Shown here: one piece after another, positions 58,468 to 64,000 of the stretch
Numbering within the stretch: the first letter of the stretch is position 1
Layout: every line of letters begins with the position of its first letter
Assembly (NCBI GenBank): GCA_905206805.1
Contig: CAJLIR010000006.1
Location: forward strand, 2,999-66,998
Source: an uncultured Bacillales bacterium
GTDB lineage: Bacteria > Bacillota_I > Bacilli_A > RF39 > UBA660
Direction: 5' to 3'
DNA length: 64,000 bases
Notes under the pieces: model-generated
Seen by the model: the letters and a program-made list of their open reading frames with translations, nothing else
Databases searched by the model: none
What the model was told of the DNA's origin: nothing
Made by a program: the position numbers and the translations under genes

Positions 58468-58530
58468 AATCAAATAAGTAAAATGTTTATTTAAAATTTT
58501 AAAGATTATCGAATGATAATTCTTTTTTTA
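58468..58530 (+). terminator. repeated intergenic element, copy C
   Basis: AATCAAATAAGTAAAATGTTTATTTAAAATTTTAAAGATTATCGAATGATAATTCTTTTTTT immediately after the EEP gene stop. Confidence 0.5.
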
Positions 58531-58622
58531 TTAGGAATGTTGATCTAATATTAATTATGTGATAAAATATTTAGTAGGGTAAATTTAGTCAAAATTATTA
58601 TTTAAAAATAAAAGAGGTTATT

Positions 58623-59317
58623 ATGAAATGTAATAATTATAATAGTGAGCGTGTTATAGATTGTTTATATAATAGAGGATATACTAATTTTTTAAATAGA
58701 AAAGAATTTCAAATAATAAAAAGCAATTAAAATCATGTGAATACAATGTATATGAATTATATAAAGAATCTTCAAAAATTATACTTTATAATAAAAAAAT
58801 TCCGGATATTGCTATTTTAAAAATAGATTGTAATAATAAACTAAAGCATCAAAGTATTATGGGAACAATATATTCACTAGGTTTAAATGATGATGTTTTT
58901 GGAGATATCATTTATTATGAAGATTCATTTTATATTTTTGTTTTACCTATTATAAAAAATTATTTAATTCAAAATATGTTTATAGTAGAAAAAAATAAAG
59001 TAAATTTAAGAGAAGTTGATTTAAGTATTAGTTTAAATTTTAAAATCAATTATGAAGTAAAAAATTATATAGTGTCTTAACTTAGAATCGATAATATTAT
59101 AAGTAGTATAATAGGTGATAGTAGAAATGGTGTACTTGATAAATTTAAAAATAAAGAAATTATAATAAATTATAATGAAAATATAAAACCATCTTATACA
59201 TTAAAAGAAAATGACATATTTAGTATAAGAAAATATGGTAAATATAAATTTAAGGGCATTGTTAAAACAACTAAAAAGAGTAGTTTAATTATAGAAGTTT
59301 TAAAATATATTTAAAGG
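58623..59317 (+). pseudogene. YlmH-like S4-domain RNA-binding protein gene, disrupted by one frameshift (near 58700-58730) and one in-frame TAA (59078-59080)
   Basis: Three consecutive ORF pieces together give roughly 230 aa resembling B. subtilis YlmH (GTIYSLGLNDDVFGDII versus GTLMSAGLKREKFGDII; C-terminal S4 domain RIDNIISSIIGDSRNGVLDKFKNKEIIINYNENIKPSYTLKENDIFSIRKYGKYKF). Confidence 0.5.
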
Positions 59318-59326
59318 GGTTAGATT

Positions 59327-59824
59327 ATGGAATATTTACAAGTTTTTGATGATGATAAGAATTTATTAGATGAAAAAGTTGAAAGAAGTAATAAGCTAAA
59401 TTTAAAAGATGGAAAAAGATTTATGATTGTTTTAGTATTTATAGAAAATAGTGAACATAAATTTTTAGTTCAAAAAACATCTAAAGAAAGAAATAGCGAG
59501 TATGCAATAACTGGTGGTCATGTTACTTATAAAGATACTAGCCTGAAAACTGTTATAAAAGAACTTAAAGAAGAATTAGGTGTAATTATTAATGAGTCTC
59601 AAATTAATTATTTTGATACAATAAAATATCCTAAAGCTTATGCAGATTTATATTATATAAAAAAAGATTTGAATATTAATAAATTAAATATTCAAAAAGA
59701 AGAAGTAGATAGTATAATCTGGTTATCTAAAGATGAAATAATTGAATTAATAAATAAAAATGAATTTAGAAAAAGTAATATAGAACCATTAAATAAATTT
59801 TTTGAATATATAAAAAATAGATAA
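59327..59824 (+). CDS. NUDIX hydrolase
   Basis: Degenerate Nudix box GGHVTYKDTSLKTVIKELKEELGV (G-x5-D-x7-KEUxEExGU). Confidence 0.6.
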   Translation: MEYLQVFDDDKNLLDEKVERSNKLNLKDGKRFMIVLVFIENSEHKFLVQKTSKERNSEYAITGGHVTYKDTSLKTVIKELKEELGVIINESQINYFDTIKYPKAYADLYYIKKDLNINKLNIQKEEVDSIIWLSKDEIIELINKNEFRKSNIEPLNKFFEYIKNR

Positions 59825-59845
59825 ATTAAAATTGTGAGGAATTGT

Positions 59846-62338
59846 ATGATTGAATTAAAGAATGTTACGAAAGTTTATAAGTCTAAAAAAGGTAATTCTA
59901 CTAAGGCACTTAATAATGTAAATTTAAAGTTTGAAAATAAAGGTATGGTATTTATTGTTGGAAAAAGTGGAAGTGGTAAATCAACTTTACTTAATTTATT
60001 AGGTGGTCTTGATAGTGCTACTAGTGGTGAAATTCTAGTAAATAATCAAAATATAAATGAATTTAGTGCTTCAAATTATGATGCATATCGTAATACTTAT
60101 ATAGGATTTATTTTTCAAGAATTTAACGTACTTGAACAATATAATGTATATGAAAATATAGAATTATCCTTAAAATTACAAGGTAAGAGTCCTTCTAAAT
60201 TAGAGATTGAAGATATTTTAAAAAAATTAGGATTAGAAAATTTAGAAAATAGAAGAATAAATGAATTATCAGGTGGACAAAAACAAAGAGTTGCAATCGC
60301 GCGTGCTATAATAAAAAATCCCAAAATAATTTTAGCAGATGAGCCAACTGGTAATTTAGATAAAAACTCAAGTGAACAAATATTTAATATTTTAAAAGAT
60401 ATAAGTAAAGATCACTTAGTAATTGTTGTATCTCACGATAATGAAGCTGCAAATATTTATGCTGATAGAATTATAAAAATAGAGGATGGATGTGTTTTAA
60501 CTGATCCTATAGATTGCAATATGGAATTAGAAGAACTTAAATTAAAACGTGCAAAATTACCTTTTTCTTATGCTTTAAAAATGGCTTTTAATAGTTTTAA
60601 ATCAAAACCTATTAAACTATTAATGACAATAATACTAACTACTATATCTTTTATTTTTATGTTTTTTACAGTTAATTGTTCTCTGTTTAATAAAGAACAA
60701 TTAATAATAAATACAATGCGAGATAATAATGACTATATATATTATGTAAAAAATTCCTATTATGGATATATGGGTAGTATTACTAATAAAGTTTTAAATC
60801 AAACAGATTTAGATTATATTTCTAGTGTAACTAATTCAAAATTAAATTTAGTATATAATTTGTATGATAATGGTAATATGTTAAATTTTGAATTTGGTTT
60901 AAAAAATAATAATTTAAAAAGATTTCAACACGATATATATGGTTTAAAATTTATAGAAGTAGTGGATGATAATATTTTAAAAAATATTATTGGTAGAATG
61001 CCTAGTGAAAAGTATGAAATTGTAATTCATAAATATTTAGCGGACTATATGATTGAATATGGGGTAATTGATATAAATGGTAATTTATACTTTCCTAATA
61101 GTTATGAAGATTTAGTATCACAAAATAAATTATTAAAAATGGGTAGTAATAGTGTAATGGTTGTTGGAATTATAGATGATGATACAACATTATTTAAAAA
61201 TATAATAGAAAATGACAAATTTGAAAGTGATGAATTGGAAAATTATTATTTTTATAAATATGTTAGTAAAGCATCTAATATTTATGTAAAAGGTTTTACA
61301 AAAGATGTAATTTTAGAAAACAATAAAAATTCTATTTTAGATAACCTTTATATTACTAATAAAAAAGAAAATGAATTTTCTAAAACTATTCATAATTATA
61401 TAAAATCTTTAGATTCAAATATTAATATAATTACAAGTGATGGTATAAAAAATATTAATTATTTAAAAAAAGATGAAGCTATTTTATCACTTGATGCTTT
61501 AAAACAATTTTATCCAAATTTTGATACTAATTTTATGAATTATTTTAGTATAAATAAAAACAAAAGTTATGATGAATCTCTAGAGAGTTTTATTTCTAAT
61601 TTTTTAAGTGAGAATTTGGTAGATTTAAGTTTAAAATTTAATGATGTTGATGGTAGTAATTTCCAAAATGACATAAAAATTATTGGAATATCTCTTGATC
61701 AAAATAATTATATAAGTAATATTTATGTAGAGGAATATAAACCAATTGATAAAATAATTTATTCTGTTATGATTTATGATGATAATTTAAATAATTTAAA
61801 AAAATCTTTTAATAATTTATTATTTAATGATACTTTTGAATTAGATGAAAATTTATATGGAGATTATTATAATTATTCATTAGATATAAGTAATTCAAAT
61901 GAAATTTCTAATATTATCGGTGTATATAAATATCTAACTATATATATATTAATAGTAAGTTTAGTTTTTATGTTATTTGCATTTTTATTATTTTCTAATT
62001 TTATAGCGGTTTCTATATCCTACTTTAAAAAAGAAATTGGTATATTAAGAGCTATTGGGGCAACGAGTGCTGATATTACTAAAATTTTCTTAATAGAATC
62101 TATAATAATTGCGCTTATTTCTTTTGTTTTATCAGTATTTGGTTTTTACTTTGTATGTGATATATTGAATAATTCTTTATTTAAAGATTCATTTATTTTA
62201 ATTAATGGTTTTGTAATAAATCCATACACAATAATATTGTTATTTATTTATGTAATTATAATTTCTGTTTTAGTTACAACTAGTTTGATAGGTAGAATTA
62301 GTAAAATAAAACCAATTGATGTGATTTTAAATAAATAG
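59846..62338 (+). CDS. fused ABC ATPase / FtsX-family permease (MacB-like) transporter
   Basis: N-terminal Walker A GKSGSGKSTLLNLLGG, signature LSGGQKQRVAIARAI, Walker B ILADEPTGNLD. Large periplasmic-type domain. C-terminal FtsX region (GILRAIGATSADITKIFLIESIIIALISF). Start at 59846 after GAGGAA. Confidence 0.85.
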   Translation: MIELKNVTKVYKSKKGNSTKALNNVNLKFENKGMVFIVGKSGSGKSTLLNLLGGLDSATSGEILVNNQNINEFSASNYDAYRNTYIGFIFQEFNVLEQYNVYENIELSLKLQGKSPSKLEIEDILKKLGLENLENRRINELSGGQKQRVAIARAIIKNPKIILADEPTGNLDKNSSEQIFNILKDISKDHLVIVVSHDNEAANIYADRIIKIEDGCVLTDPIDCNMELEELKLKRAKLPFSYALKMAFNSFKSKPIKLLMTIILTTISFIFMFFTVNCSLFNKEQLIINTMRDNNDYIYYVKNSYYGYMGSITNKVLNQTDLDYISSVTNSKLNLVYNLYDNGNMLNFEFGLKNNNLKRFQHDIYGLKFIEVVDDNILKNIIGRMPSEKYEIVIHKYLADYMIEYGVIDINGNLYFPNSYEDLVSQNKLLKMGSNSVMVVGIIDDDTTLFKNIIENDKFESDELENYYFYKYVSKASNIYVKGFTKDVILENNKNSILDNLYITNKKENEFSKTIHNYIKSLDSNINIITSDGIKNINYLKKDEAILSLDALKQFYPNFDTNFMNYFSINKNKSYDESLESFISNFLSENLVDLSLKFNDVDGSNFQNDIKIIGISLDQNNYISNIYVEEYKPIDKIIYSVMIYDDNLNNLKKSFNNLLFNDTFELDENLYGDYYNYSLDISNSNEISNIIGVYKYLTIYILIVSLVFMLFAFLLFSNFIAVSISYFKKEIGILRAIGATSADITKIFLIESIIIALISFVLSVFGFYFVCDILNNSLFKDSFILINGFVINPYTIILLFIYVIIISVLVTTSLIGRISKIKPIDVILNK

Positions 62339-62403
62339 TTTTTCTTGATTTTTTTGTAATTTTTGTTATTATAGTATAAAATTTATATTTAATGGGGGAA
62401 AAT

Positions 62404-63225
62404 ATGAATAATAATTATGATGAAAAATTATCAAATTTATATAATGTATATAAAAAATTTGAAGAAGAAGAAAAAAATATAAATTGGTCTTTGGCATTAG
62501 GTTTAAATAGTGTTGACGGATTAAAACCATCTTCTTATTTAGAAAATTTAATTGGACAATATATAAATGGTAATATAAATATAGAAGATTTAGAATTGAT
62601 ATTAGAACGTTACTATTTAAAATTAGGTGTTTTAGCGAACTCTAAAGAAAAGGAATGCGATATTGTAAGTAGTAGAATTATTGATTTATTAAATAAAGAT
62701 AAAGATGATTTTTTTCTAGATTATGAGATGCTTCTTTATATACATAAATACTTATTTAACAATATATATGATTTTGCTGGAAATTTTCGTATATGTAATT
62801 TAACAAAAAAAGAAGTTGTTTTAAATAATGATACAGTTAGGTATGCGAATTTTAATGAAATAAAAGATTTGTTAATTTATGATTTTAATGAAGAAAGAAA
62901 TTTTAATTATAGAAAAATAACTATAGATAAACAAGCTAAGCATTTTGCTTCATTTTCATCAAATATATGGCAAATACATCCATTTAGAGAAGGCAATACT
63001 AGAACAGTAGCAGTATTTATGATTAAATATTTACGCCATCTTGGTTATGATGTTAATAATGATATATTTAAAAATAATTCAACATATTTTAGAAATTCCT
63101 TAGCTTTAAGTAATTATTCAAATTATAAGAAAAATATAAATCCTAACTTTATTTATCTAACAGAATTTTATAATAATTTACTTTATTGTAATAATGAATT
63201 ACCTAAAATTAAAGTCTATAAATAG
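62404..63225 (+). CDS. Fic-family protein (probable AMPylator/toxin-like)
   Basis: HPFREGNTRT matches the Fic motif HPFx(D/E)GNxR; start at 62404 after GGGGGA. Confidence 0.75.
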   Translation: MNNNYDEKLSNLYNVYKKFEEEEKNINWSLALGLNSVDGLKPSSYLENLIGQYINGNINIEDLELILERYYLKLGVLANSKEKECDIVSSRIIDLLNKDKDDFFLDYEMLLYIHKYLFNNIYDFAGNFRICNLTKKEVVLNNDTVRYANFNEIKDLLIYDFNEERNFNYRKITIDKQAKHFASFSSNIWQIHPFREGNTRTVAVFMIKYLRHLGYDVNNDIFKNNSTYFRNSLALSNYSNYKKNINPNFIYLTEFYNNLLYCNNELPKIKVYK

Positions 63226-63324
63226 ATTTTAATTTTTTTATTGTTTTTTTCTTTGTTTACTTATATTGACATTACATATTTATAATGCTATTATTACAAT
63301 AGATATGATAGGAAGGTATTATAT

Positions 63325-64000
63325 ATGGCTAAGCGACGTATAAAGAAAAGTGTTAAAATAGGTTTGATTATTTTTGCTATTTTAGTAGTTGTTATAATTA
63401 TAGTTATAATAGGTGTAGGAAACTATAAAAAACATCAAGAATATCTTGCAAGTTATGAATATAAGTTAAGTGAACTTGGTTATGAAAATGATAATTTAAG
63501 TTACTTATTAGAACAAAGTGATGAAATAAAGAATAAAATTTTGAATATGGATTATGATGATCATATTGTTGATTTTTTGAAACAAAAATATTTTATATTA
63601 GACAATTTAAATGATTATTTAGAATATTTAAAGAAGAATAGTAGTGATTCACTAGAACATATCGTAAGTATTGTAAATGTTAAAGCTAACAATGATTTTT
63701 ATGATAATTCTATAGAAACTAATATAAATGATGGTAATCTTATGCTTGTTAATAAATATCATTACTTACCAGAAAATTATAATCCAAATGATATTGTTGA
63801 TGTAAAAAATTGGTATTGTTATGGTGAAAATAAAATTAAAGAAGAAGTTTATCAAAAATTTATTGAAATGTTTAATGCAGCAAAGGAACAGGATAAGAAG
63901 TTAATAATTTCATCAGGATATAGAACTTATGAAGATCAAAAAGAAACTTATGATAATTATGTTGATAGATATGGCGTAAAAAAGGCCGATGGACTTGCCG
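63325..64000 (+). CDS. VanY-like M15B D-alanyl-D-alanine carboxypeptidase, 3'-partial (runs off the window end)
   Basis: N-terminal TM anchor. LMLVNKYHYLPENYNP and SGYRTYEDQ motifs typical of the N-terminal half of VanY-type carboxypeptidases. Frame stays open to position 64000. GGAAGG RBS. Confidence 0.65.
   Translation, partial: MAKRRIKKSVKIGLIIFAILVVVIIIVIIGVGNYKKHQEYLASYEYKLSELGYENDNLSYLLEQSDEIKNKILNMDYDDHIVDFLKQKYFILDNLNDYLEYLKKNSSDSLEHIVSIVNVKANNDFYDNSIETNINDGNLMLVNKYHYLPENYNPNDIVDVKNWYCYGENKIKEEVYQKFIEMFNAAKEQDKKLIISSGYRTYEDQKETYDNYVDRYGVKKADGLA

Noticed and set aside
1-64000. CRISPR arrays, tRNA or rRNA genes, riboswitch-like leaders
   Set aside because: I found no regularly spaced short repeats, no GC-rich cloverleaf-like or rRNA-like stretches, and no long structured leaders upstream of feoAB or the transporters. 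A covariance-model scan (tRNAscan or Infernal) would be the definitive check.
1-64000. Alternative genetic code (Mollicutes-like UGA=Trp), given the extreme AT content
   Set aside because: Long conserved proteins (RNase J, FtsY, Ffh, FeoB, the 3101-aa protein) translate full-length under the standard code with no in-frame TGA, and their stops are TAA or TAG. Spore-related genes also argue for a Clostridia-type host.

Overview
This window is very AT-rich (roughly 25-27% GC) and uses the standard genetic code. It looks like a spore-forming Firmicutes / Clostridia-type chromosome: a CotD-like coat protein, a sporulation-type D-Ala-D-Ala carboxypeptidase and BclA-like collagen proteins are all present. 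Housekeeping genes I can support are RNase J, ftsY, ylxM, ffh, an RluA-family pseudouridine synthase, feoAB, M15 and S11 D,D-carboxypeptidases, a PrsW-type protease, ABC transporters, a Fic protein, and NUDIX and MazG-like hydrolases.

Three regions look accessory:
(1) A 3-gene cassette sits between ylxM and ffh, inside the normally contiguous ftsY-ylxM-ffh cluster. It encodes a HerA-like FtsK/HerA-superfamily ATPase, an N-formylglutamate-amidohydrolase-like zinc hydrolase and a small protein.
(2) A roughly 19 kb cell-surface locus (27428-46241) encodes two giant proteins of 3101 aa and 1851 aa with C-terminal dockerin modules, dozens of cadherin-like beta-sandwich domains and three ALK-type glycine-rich domains. 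These are followed by two membrane-anchored proteins with N-terminal cohesin domains. This is a non-cellulosomal cohesin-dockerin surface assembly. Diverged paralogous small secreted proteins bracket the locus.
(3) A roughly 10 kb island is bounded by imperfect direct repeats derived from the dacF 5' region. It carries a RepA_N-like initiator, an intact dacF, two BclA-like interrupted-collagen proteins and a repeated terminator-like intergenic element.

Other content includes a degenerate IS256-family element with an ABC exporter inside a segment flanked by a 790-bp direct duplication; near-identical 1.1 kb tandem repeats inside the 1851-aa gene; and several pseudogenes (truncated gene copies, a ylmH-like S4 protein, a poly-A frameshifted ORF). 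I found no rRNA, tRNA or CRISPR.
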